From Malacoraja senta (Eukaryota): a stretch of 64,000 nt of DNA. This document shows, piece after piece, positions 51,397-61,666 of the stretch. Where the stretch lies: positions 8,062,001 through 8,126,000 of the forward strand of contig CM075991.1 of NCBI GenBank assembly GCA_038087875.1, in the 5' to 3' direction. Every line of letters begins with the position of its first letter. The first letter of the stretch is position 1. Position numbers and translations under genes: made by a program. Under the pieces are notes generated by a model. That model ran no database searches and had not been told where the DNA came from. It saw nothing but the letters and a program-made list of their open reading frames with translations.

Positions 51397-51914
51397 CTGT
51401 GATCGGAAACTTCACGGGTGTCGGGGGTTATGGGGAGAAGGCAGGAGAATGGGGTTAGGAGGAAGAGATAGAACAGCCACGATTGAATGGCGGAGTAGAC
51501 TTGATGCGCCGAATGGCCTAATTCTGCTCCTATCACTTATGACCTTATGATTTTATGAACTGTCTCTCTGTGGAGAGAAATGGGCGTGATGTTTTGGGCT
51601 GGGACCCTTCCTCAGACGATGGAGTAGGGGGAGAAATCTGTTAGACAGAGGCAGGAGTGGGGCAATCGTGGCAGGTGATAGGTGGATACAGGTGTGGAGA
51701 GGTGGGGTGCAGAATGGTGTAGATGGTGACAACGGAAACCAAACAGTGCAAGGCAGGAAGGAAGAGGAGGAATGAAGAAGAGCTGGCCCGTGTGGGTTTC
51801 CTCCGGGTACTCCAGCTTCCTCCCACATCCCAAAGACGTGAGTGATTGGAATTAATTGGCCTTCTGTAAATAGCCCCCAAATGTGTAAGGTGTGGATAGA
51901 AAATGGGATGATAT

Positions 51915-52760
51915 AGATTTAGATTTAGATTTAGATATTTATTTGTTGTCGTTTGAACCTAAGTTCAAACGAAATTCTGTTTCTGCAGTCATACAAACAA
52001 TTAAAAAAGACACAACACAATTTACACAAACATCCATCACAGTGAATCTCCTCCTCACTGTGATGGAAGGCAAAGTCTTATCTCTCCCCTGCACTCCATT
52101 CTCCTCCCGATGTCAGAGTCAAAGCCCCCGGCGGGCGACTGTAAACATATCCCACGGCCACCAAAGCCGCGCCGGGCGATGCCAGACCCCGCTCCGGGTC
52201 TTGATGTTGCAGCCCCCGGTAGCGCCAGCAAGTCTCACGGCCACCAATGCCGCACCGGGCGATGTCAGACCCCGCTCCAGGTCATCTTCAACCCCGCAAC
52301 TCGGGCGGGAGTAGCTGCCGTTGCGGGAGCTCCGAAAAGCGGTCTCCCACCATGGACCCGCGGGCCCCCGATGTTACCGTCCACCAGTCCCGCGGCTGAA
52401 GACTCCGAATCTCCGGGGTCGGGTCGCAGCCGCGCGCCACCACAGCCCCTCCCGCTCCGAAGTCGGCCAGCTCCACGATGGTGAGAAGTCCACAGGCTCC
52501 GCGACTGGAGCCCCAGGTCGTTCCGGTTGGAGGCCGCTCCACGGTGCTAGGCCCCAACGACAACGGAGACCCGACAGAGAAAGGTCGGTTCTCCCGTGCA
52601 GGGAAAAGATTTTAAAAGTTTCCCCCTCCATACCCCACCCCCCGCCCCCCACACATACCCAGTTAAAAAAACACTAAAAACAAAACTCAAACGAAACAAA
52701 AAAAATAAAAAAGACAGACGGACTGCAGAGGCCGCTGCAACCAAGTCGCGCCGCCCACTT
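51915..52760 (-). mobile_element. GC-rich non-autonomous retroposon-like element with a (TCTAAA)n tail
   Basis: Shares TTGCCTTCCATCACAGTGAGGA and the T-rich/G-run 5' architecture with 31157-31930. Confidence 0.6.
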
Positions 52761-52985
52761 AACACCACTACTGTTAACGGGTGATCACTGGTCGGCGTGG
52801 ACTCGGAGGGCTGAAGGGCCCATTTGTATGCCGCATATCTAAACCAAATTAAAATAAACTAAACTGACTCTATGACTCTAACATATACTTGGGAGTGGGA
52901 AAGCCCTTATTTAACTCATGTGGTGTGGCCACGGAGTCTCTGTGTTTCTGTGGCATGGTGGCGCAGTGGTAGAGTTGCTGCCTAA

Positions 52986-53184
52986 AGGGCCTGACCCACT
53001 TGGGCGTCATTTGCGCATCACGCAGATGGCGAGCGAAGATTTTGTACGTCCCAAAATCCTGGGGCGCCGCGCGCGAGACCGCGTGTCACTGCCTAGGTCA
53101 CCACGTACCACGCACCTTGTGTTGTGACGCGTAAATGATGTCGCGTAAATGACGTGCAAATGACGCCCAAGTGGGACAGGCCCT
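52986..53184. mobile_element. PIF/Harbinger-type MITE, type E, inserted in a V-SINE
   Basis: GTTGCTGCC-TAA-[AGGGCCTG...CAGGCCCT]-TTA-CAGCGCCAGAG. Confidence 0.85.
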
Positions 53185-54262
53185 TTACAGCGCCAGAGAT
53201 CCGGGTTCCATCCTGACCACGGGTGCTGTCTGTATGGAGTTTGTACGCTCTCCCTGCCCGGAACCATGTGGGTTTTCTCCAGGAGCTCCGGTTTCCTCCC
53301 AACTCCAAAGACGTGCAGGTTTGGAGGTTAATTGGCTTCGGTAAAATTGTAAATTGGTCCTAGTGTGTGTAGGATAGTGCTGGTGTACGGGGTGATCGGA
53401 GCAGACTTGGTGGGCCGAGGGGCCTGTTTCCGCCCTGTATGTCTCAGGTCTGAATTTCCCGTTTGCAAGCAGTTGAAAAATAATGAAATAAGCTGAATTG
53501 ATTTAAACATCTTGCAAAGTAGTTGCCACACAAAGCCAACAGCAACGGTACATGATAGCTGCTGAATCAGATGGCGATGGCTTTATCAAGTGCCTCACTG
53601 TCCAAGGCAACGCTGGCTTCTAAAGATAGACGGTTCCTCTGGTCGGCCTCATTGGTGTCGCAGCTCCACGGGAAGTTAGCCGACCACAGGGGGACACGTT
53701 TTCCACCGCTGATTCAGAGCGGGCTCGTCCTATTTGCATTTGCAAGAACATCCCTCTGTCTTGCTGCGAACGATGACGTCCCCTGGGCAGCGGGCATGGC
53801 ATGATGTGTTCAGCTTTGTAGGCAGATGGTCGAGCTCGAGGCCAAACCCTTGAATTGAGACATCATCAGGAATAAGTGCTTCATTATATGTCCCGGGAGA
53901 ATTTAATCAATGCCTTTTTTGAAAGTTTAAAAAAACCACAGCAATGTTCCAGCAGCGTATTACACATGTACTGACACAAGTCAATTAAGACAAAATGGAT
54001 GTGTGAAAGTTAACTGTTGATGCAAATTTGTGTTAATTTTTAATCAGTGCAATTGAGTCTGAGGTGTTTATGCTTAATGGGATATTAGTACCACTAAACA
54101 AGCCTTCACAGAAATTCACAAAAAGCTGGAGTCACTCAGCGGGACAGGCATTATCTCTGGAGAGAAGGAATGGGTGATGTTTCGGATCGAGACCCTTCTT
54201 CGGACTGATCTGCCTGCAGTTTGCTGCACTTCACAGCACAGCTGCTCAACTTCAGAATGATT

Positions 54263-54597
54263 AAGAAAGAACTGCAGATGCTGGAAAAATTGAAGGTAGA
54301 CAAAAATGCTGGAGAAACTCAGCGGGTGAGGCAGCATCTATGGAGCGAAGGAATGGGCGACGTTTCGGGTTGAGACCCAAAAATGCTGGAGAAACTCAGC
54401 GGGTGAGGCAGCATCTATGGAGCGAAGGAATGGGCAACGTTTCGGGTCGAGACCCTAAAAAATGCTGGAGAAACTCAGCGGGTGAGGCAGCATCTATGGA
54501 GCGAAGGAATGGGTGACGTTTCGGGTCCGAAACGTCACCCATTCCTTCGCTCCATAGATGCTGCCACACCCGCTGAGTTTCTCCAGCATTTTTGTCT
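54263..54597. mobile_element. Penelope-derived insertion: three tandem ~77-bp units plus one inverted unit, with a 15-bp TSD
   Basis: AACTTCAGAATGATT at 54248-54262 and 54598-54612. Confidence 0.85.
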
Positions 54598-55010
54598 AAC
54601 TTCAGAATGATTGATCATATGAGGTACCTCTGGGAACCCTATTAAGATCGTCTATAAAACCTACCTATCTTTCATCTGTAGATTCCTGGCTTCTTGAACA
54701 TGCTTAGCTGTGAGATTTACTGGAGAAAGCCCGAGGGATTGGGTAGCAAGGATAAGGAAGTGGCACAGCATTTTTCTAACTATTTCCCTGCGCTGTGCAT
54801 CTATCCTTCTCTCCGCACACTCTCTGTGTGAGAACGTTTTAATAATTCTAAATTATCAATTGAGAAAGTAAAAGAAATATATAGACATTTATCACACAGT
54901 TGAGCCCTCTGAACAAGGTTAGTGCAATGAATTTGTTCGACAATTGGCTTTTATTTGGTGTGTTGGTTTATTGAAAACCGAGAGGCAAAATCAATGATTA
55001 TTGTAGACTG

Positions 55011-55229
55011 AAATGCTGGGGAAACTCAGCGGGTGAGGCAGCATCTATGGAGCGAAGGAAAACAAGAAGTTTCGGGTCGAGACCCTTCTTCAGACTCGAC
55101 TGGAAAGAAGGGTCTCGACCCGAAACGTTACCTTTTCCTTCGCTCCATAGATGCTGCCCCACCCGCTGAGTTTCCCCAGCATTTTTGTCTACCGTCGATT
55201 TTTCCAGCATCTGCAGTTCCTTCCTAAAC
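55011..55229. mobile_element. Fold-back Penelope-derived insertion with a 14-bp TSD and two divergently oriented hammerhead-like remnants
   Basis: ATTATTGTAGACTG at 54997-55010 and 55230-55243. Confidence 0.85.
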
Positions 55230-55398
55230 ATTATTGTAGACTGTGTATCTTTACAGACATCTTAGCGGTGGATCAATTGCTAACACTATTGCCTCTTTTT
55301 CTAGATCAAAAATATTTATTCAAATAGTATTTACAATACAATAAAACAAAACAAGCCACCACCATAATACAAGACAAACAAATATACTAAGTAAACTG

Positions 55399-55523
55399 TT
55401 AAAGAAGGAACTGCAGATGCTGGAAAATCAAAGGTACACAAAAATGCTGGAGAAACTCAGCGGGTGCAGCAGCATCTATCGAGCGAAGGAAACAGGCAAC
55501 GTTTCGGGCCGAAACCCTTCTTC
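55399..55523 (-). mobile_element. Short Penelope-derived insertion with a 15-bp TSD, inside a Tx1-like tail
   Basis: ATACTAAGTAAACTG at 55384-55398 and 55524-55538; 5'-truncated within the hammerhead core. Confidence 0.85.
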
Positions 55524-55754
55524 ATACTAAGTAAACTGCTAGACAACTATGTTGCAGGTCTTGTCCAGGATGCATTTAACCCCACTTGGTGCCCAGCGGT
55601 TTCATAAATCCCCCAGGGTGCCCGTGGACAGCTGGTAGTCTCTCTCTAGTACCACCTGGATGCGGACGTAACCCCAGTAAAGGGGCAGGCAGCCCTCTTC
55701 TGCCTGGCGCCGTGACTCGTGGATGGCCAGCTTGGCCAGGCCCACAATTGCCTC

Positions 55755-56385
55755 TTTTTTTTCAAAAAATGTATTCAATTATTAAAAAAATAATATTACA
55801 CTACAATAAAACAAGGCAGAACCCAGCACCATAATACAACACAAACAAATATCCTTAATACACTACTATACAGCTATGTTACACTCCTTGTCATGGATGC
55901 ATTCAACACCCTGCGGAGCCCAGCGGTCCCGGAACTCCCTCAGGGTGCCCATGGACAGGGCATATTCCCTTTCTAACCCCACCCCGGGAAAGGGGCAGGC
56001 AGCCGGCTCGGGTACAGCCCTCCACCGCTTGGTGCCGTGACCCGCAGATGGCCAGCTTGGCCAGGCCCAGGAGCAACCCAACCAGGACATCTTCAGCCCC
56101 TACCCTCTCCCCTACGCACAGGCTGTCCAAAGATGAGAATGGTGGGTGAAAAGAGCAGCCAGAAGGCAAGGAGCAGCCCCTTTAGGTATTGGAACAGGGG
56201 CTGCAGCCTCATGCACTCCATATACACGTGGTACACAGACTCGTCCAGCCCGCAAACGTGGCAGGCGGCTGGCGAGTCTGTGAACCGTGAGAGAAACAGG
56301 TTGCAGGGAACTCCACGGTGCAATACCCTCCACCCCAGGTCCCCAATGTAGAGGGGGGAGAATCCCTGCGTAGAACTATTGTCTC
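55755..56385 (-). mobile_element. Tx1/L1-like LINE ORF2 C-terminal zinc-finger fragment; a second partial copy lies at ~55300-55742
   Basis: DLGWRVLH...CHVCGLDESVYHVYMECMRL...FSPTILIFG, a CX2C-X7-H-X4-C knuckle. Confidence 0.78.
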
Positions 56386-57659
56386 TGTTGGAAGGCAGCG
56401 AAGTCAAGTACTGCTCCTAAGCAATGAAAGGGCGGCACAGTGTCACAGCCACTGCCTCACAGCACCAGAGACCCTGGTTCAATCCTTACTTTGGCTGCTG
56501 TCAGCCTCGCGTTCTTTCACACACCAAAGAATGCCAACACACAGTGGTAACATCCAAGGTCAGGATCAAACCTAGGTTTCGGTAGCTGTGAGGCAGCATC
56601 ACTAAATCGCCACACCATTGTGTTTTGGGCAAAGTTTATGCTTAAGACATCGCTAAGACATGTAAAATATAAGTGCTGGAGTAACCCAGTGCTGGAGTAA
56701 CCCAGTGGGTCAGGCAGCATCTCTGCACAAATAGGATGGGTGACATTTTTAGGGTCCGGACCCAGTTACTCCAGCACTTTGGGTTTATCTTTGGTATAAT
56801 CCAGGATCTGCAGTTCTATGTTTCTATTAAAAAATATAATATGGTTAATAACATATGGTTGTGTCGGGGAACTTGCTGTGTATTAATCGGTTGGATTATT
56901 CCCTGCATTACAGCAATAATTGTCATATAGTGTGGAAACAGGCCCTTCGGCCCAACTTGCCCATACCAACCAACCTGTCCCATCTACATTAAGTTCATAA
57001 GTTGTTGGGTTGCAGAATTAGGCCATTCCACCCATCAAGTCTACTCCGCCATTCAATCATGGCTAATCTATCTCTCCCTCTCAATCCCATTCTCCTGCCC
57101 TCTCCCCATAACCCCCAACGCCCGTACTAATCAAGAATCTATCAATCTCCATTGACTTGGCCTCCACAGCCTTCTGTGGCAAGACTCTCTCCAGACCCAC
57201 CTGCCTGTGTTTGGCCCATATCCCTCCAAACCTGTCCTATCCATGAATGTTTCGTAAACCTTGTGATAGTACCTGCAATGACCTTGAAGATTTTTGCACT
57301 AATCCTTGGGATGTTCTCCAGAAGGCAGAGGAGGCCAATTCACTGGATGTATTCAAGAGAGAGTTGGATATAGCTCTTAGGGCTAACGGAATCAAGGGAT
57401 ATGGGGAGAAAGCAGGAACGGGGTGCTGATTTAAGATGATCAGCCATGATCATGTTGAATGGCGGTGCTGGCTCGAAGGGCCGAATGGCCTACTCCTGCA
57501 CCTATTTTTATGTTTCTTTGTTCTGATTTTGAAAAGAGCTTCGGAAATTCAAAACCGGAGCATCAGTGACAGTCAAACATGATCCATTTATCAACGTGTC
57601 CACCATGCTCAGCCATCCCTCACAGAACAGCAATTTAACAGATAGCTCGCTCTTTATTG

Positions 57660-57840
57660 AACATAAAACATCCTTCGAAGTTTGCGACCAACCCTGACCT
57701 TCTCAACGGCTGAAGTAAAAAGTGCAGCGTTACTCGGGCCAGGTGTTTGTCCGCGTGTCCACGGGAGGGGGGGGGGGATTGAACTCACGACCTTCCAGCT
57801 CAGCGAGGGGAGTGCTACCCACAGAGCCACAGCTGACACC
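57660..57840 (-). mobile_element. Degenerate tRNA-derived SINE head, possibly DeuSINE (SacSINE1-like)
   Basis: The reverse strand reads GGTGTCAGCTGTGGCTCTGTGGGTAGCACTC...GAAGGTCGTGAGTTCAAT, with A- and B-box-like motifs. Confidence 0.45.
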
Positions 57841-58175
57841 ACTGCAGGGGCACGTAATGTCCTTGACATCATGCACAGTCGTTTTCTGCAGCACACCACA
57901 AACAACAGCGTGGGACCATTTGGTTAAGCTCACACTGCTGTTGTTCAGCTGCCCACAGCAGCAGAGCCAGAGTATTTAGTCGACGTCTATGACTGTCCGC
58001 AGTGATAATTGTTCCGAGCTCCATCAACCTTCAAGCTCACAGAAAACCTCATGATTTTTAAACCGCAGCTCTTAATGTCTGTGTACTGAAGTGAACTTTT
58101 CTAACACCTTCAGGGAGTCCAGTTATCACCATACGTACCGCGATTGGAAAGAATCGTTTGGTGGCTGGAACACAG

Positions 58176-58595
58176 TAGAGTCTTTATTCTTTGGAGCGCA
58201 GAAGGTTAAGGGGGGACTTGATAGAGGTCTTTAAAATTATGAGAGGGATAGACAGAGTTGACGTGGATAAGCTTTTTCCATCGAGAGTAGGGAAGATTCA
58301 AATAAGAGGACATGATTTGAGAATTAAGGGACAAAAGTTTCGGGGTAACAAGAGGGGGAACTTCTTTACTCAGAGAGTGGTAGCTGTGTGGAATGAGCTT
58401 CCAGTGGAAGTGGTGGAGGCAGGTTCGATTTTATCATTTAAAAATAAATTGGATAGGTATATGGACGGGAAAGGAATGGAGGGTTATGGTCTGAGTGCAG
58501 GTAGATGGGACTAGGTGAGAGTAAGTGTTCGGCACGGACTAGAAGGGCCGAGAGGGCCTGTTTCCGTGCTGTAATTGTTATATGGTTATATGGTT
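58176..58595 (+). mobile_element. CR1-type LINE 3' fragment, second subfamily with a (TATATGGT) tail
   Basis: ORF 58191-58514 ERRRLRGDLIEVFKIMRG...FFTQRVVAVWNELP; reverse copy near 29478-29690. Confidence 0.9.
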
Positions 58596-58689
58596 AATAG
58601 GACTTGATGTTTCAATCTCTGTAACAAGTTGGCACTCTTGCTATTTGCAGTGGGATTGGAGCGGTGAAAGGTCGGGTAGGTACGTCATC

Positions 58690-59020
58690 GGGGTCATCAG
58701 GTGGGCACCCTCCTTCTTTGATGTTTCATTGATAAGCCCACAACATCTCCAGAGGGCTCAACGGTGATACCTGGCGTCCCAGTTGCACCCCGCTCAATTC
58801 CATACCCTCCTGTCTTCATCTTGCAGCCCAATTGTTGTCTCTCCTTTTGATCCAAATCCAATTGCTGCTTTTTTTCCGCAGAATTTGATAATGGCTTGAT
58901 TGCTTGTTGGAGGGAGCGACCCCTCAGCCCCATTTTCTTTAATAGCCTGGTCATAGATGTAGCAACAAATCCCCTGCATCTCACTTCGACAGGGAAAATC
59001 TTGGTCTTCCAGCCATTCTG
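58690..59020 (-). mobile_element. HERO/R2-group non-LTR element 3' fragment (restriction-like endonuclease C-terminus)
   Basis: The reverse strand gives GWKTKIFPVEVRCRGFVATS..RLLKKMG, then after a frameshift WIWIKRR. Confidence 0.6.
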
Positions 59021-59337
59021 GGAAGCTTTGTAGTAATCCTATCCTTTCATGCACAATGCTAATCGCACCTCAACAACAGAACACTACTGTCAAGAGCCAA
59101 GAGACAAAGAATGTTTTATCGTCAATACGTCCCGAAACAGAACAATTAAATTCTTACTTGTAGCAGCACGACAGATATGTATACATAAGATAGACACAAA
59201 ATGCTGGAGTACCTCAGCAGGACAGGCAGCATCTCTGGAGAGATGCTGCCTATCCCATATATACACACACACACACACACACATAAAAACAAACAATAAA
59301 AGTACAAAAGGCAAAACTAATGTCCCCCAAGACTATG

Positions 59338-59531
59338 GTAGACAAAAATGCTGGAGAAACTCAGCGGGTGAGGCAGCATCTGTGGAGCGAAGGAAATAGG
59401 CCGAAACAAGGGACTTGGCCCGAATCGTTGCCTATTTCCTTAGCTCCATAGATGCTGCTGCACCCGCTGAGTTTCTCCAGCATTTCTGTCTACCTTCGAT
59501 TTTCCAGCATCTGCAGTTCCTTCTTAAACAT
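59338..59531. mobile_element. Fold-back Penelope-derived insertion with a 15-bp TSD
   Basis: TCCCCCAAGACTATG at 59323-59337 and 59532-59546. Confidence 0.85.
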
Positions 59532-59960
59532 TCCCCCAAGACTATGTAGTTCAGAGCTTATTTGGAGGTTGTAATGTAGAGGTTGCAGTTTAAAGGTTGT
59601 ACTGTAGGGAAGAAGCTGTTCCTGAACCAGGACGTTACAGTTTTCAGGCACCTGTACCTTGTTACCGATGGCAGAAGTGAAATGAGAGTGTGGCCAGGGT
59701 GGTGTGGGACTCTGATGATGCTGGCTGCCTCCTGGAGTCAGCGACGACTGTAGGTCTCCTTGATGGTGGGGAGGTCAGTACCCCATGATGAAATGGGCCT
59801 TGTTCACCATTTTATGTAGTCTTCTCAACTCCTGGGCATAATATTACACCTACACTGTTTGTATGCACGATCCCAGCTCTTCTAGATAACAGATTGACTT
59901 TAAGAAATTAATGCATTAGTTACTCAGTTCTCTCTCTCTCTCTCTCTCTTCTTTTTATAG

Positions 59961-60129
59961 CCTGCAACCAGAGGGAGGTGAGATACTCCTGAGTCCAGAG
60001 GTCACCTGTGGACCACCAGGTTTATCCTTGTCCACCCCAGTTGCTCTGACAGTCCCTCACTGTGCCATGGTGTGCCCGGAACACTGGAGCATTAAGCTTA
60101 AGAGGCAGGTCCTGACTGGAAAATGGGAG
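59961..60129 (+). CDS. UNC5D: UNC5D-like ZU5 exon ([56 protein letters not shown])
   Basis: (TC)n tract plus TAG acceptor and GAG|GTGAGT donor; 169 nt, phase 2/0. Contains the ZU5 motif [11 protein letters not shown]...PHCA...W. Confidence 0.94.
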
Positions 60130-60328
60130 GTGAGTTTGGTGATTTGCAGATTCCTTGCAACGGCCGTGTTGAAGTACGTCCCAGATAGAACAATGAAATC
60201 TTGCTTGCAGCAGCACTACACAATATGTAAAACATAGTGCACTGTGAACAATATAATAAATAAATAAGCAAAAAATGGTTCAGTGTGTGTATATATACAT
60301 ATACACATATATACACATGTATACAAAG

Positions 60329-60534
60329 TGTTTAAGAAGGAGCTGCAGATGCTGGAAAATCGAAGGTACACAAAAATGCTGGAGAAACTCAGCGGGTGCA
60401 GCAGCATCTATGGAGCGAAGGAAATAGGCAACGTTTCAGGTCTGAAGAAGGGTTTCGGCCCGAAACGTTGCCTATTTCCTTCGCTCCATAGATGCTGCTG
60501 CACCCGCTGAGTTTCTCCAGCATTTTTGTGTACC
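60329..60534. mobile_element. Fold-back Penelope-derived insertion with an intact hammerhead-like core (60442-60469) at the turn
   Basis: ~72-bp perfect inverted arms; TACACATGTATACA on both sides (60312-60325 and 60535-60548), although this lies in a microsatellite. Confidence 0.8.
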
Positions 60535-60682
60535 TACACATGTATACATATACACATATATGCACATACACATATATACACATACACATATATGCACATA
60601 CACATATATACACATACACATATATACATATACACATATATACATTTACACACATATATATACACATATACATATACATATA
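60535..60682. repeat. Degenerate (CA/TA)n microsatellite
   Basis: TACACATATA-type reiterations. Confidence 0.95.
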
Positions 60683-61666
60683 ATAGACACAAAACGTTTC
60701 GGGTCGAGACCCTTCTTCAAACTCGAAACATCACCCATTCCTTCTCTCCAGACATGCTGCCTGTCCCGCTGTGTCACTCCAACATTTTGTGTCTATCTTC
60801 GGTTTAAACCAGCATCTGCAGTCCCTTCCTACATATACATAGTCACACACACACACACGTACAAATAAACAAACAAGGAATAATAGTGCAAAAAGACAAA
60901 AACAATGCCCCCAAATCTAATTCAGAGCTTGAAGGGTCTATGTAATTCTGAAGGTCTCGACCCGAAACATCACCTATTCCTTCCCCTCCATAGATGCTGC
61001 CTCACCCGCGGAGTTTCTCCAGCATTTTTGTCTGCCTTCAATTTTTCCAGCATCTGCAGTTCTTCCTTAAATAATTCAGACCTTATTCAGACGGTATTTA
61101 ATCCTTGTATATTGCATCTGAAGCATCTCTGGTGCGATTGCCTCCTTCATATAATGACCTAAACTCTTCTTGTTTCACCATTAAGTTATATAATGGCTGT
61201 TCGGCACCTTAACCTTTCCTGATAATATTGTAAATGTTTAGTATGGAGATGACGTTGAACTGCGCTAAAACTCTTTGACCTGAAACATTAGTGAAAATCA
61301 AAAACGCCAGATATTGGATTGAAATAAAAACCCAAAATGTTGGAAATACTCAGGTGGTCGGGCAGCATCTGTGGAAAGACTTTAGACTTTACCTAAGACT
61401 TTAGAGACACATTATGGAAATAGGCCCTTTGGCTCACCGAGTCCACGCCAACTAGCGATCACCCCATATACTAACACACTCCTACACACACTAGGAACAA
61501 GTTACAATTTTATCGAAGCCAAATAACCTACGTACCTGTACGTCTTTGGAATGCGGGAGGAAACCGGAGCTCCTGGAGAAAACCCACGCGGCCACGGGGA
61601 GAACGTACAAACTTCATACAGGCAGCATCCATAGTCAGGATCGAACCCGGGTCTGTGGCACTGTAA

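Noticed and set aside
54302..54530. CRISPR-like array
   Set aside because: The units are contiguous with no unique spacers, derive from the Penelope terminal repeat, and the context is eukaryotic.
60283..60868. His/Tyr/Ile/Thr-rich ORFs
   Set aside because: Translations of a (CA/TA)n microsatellite.
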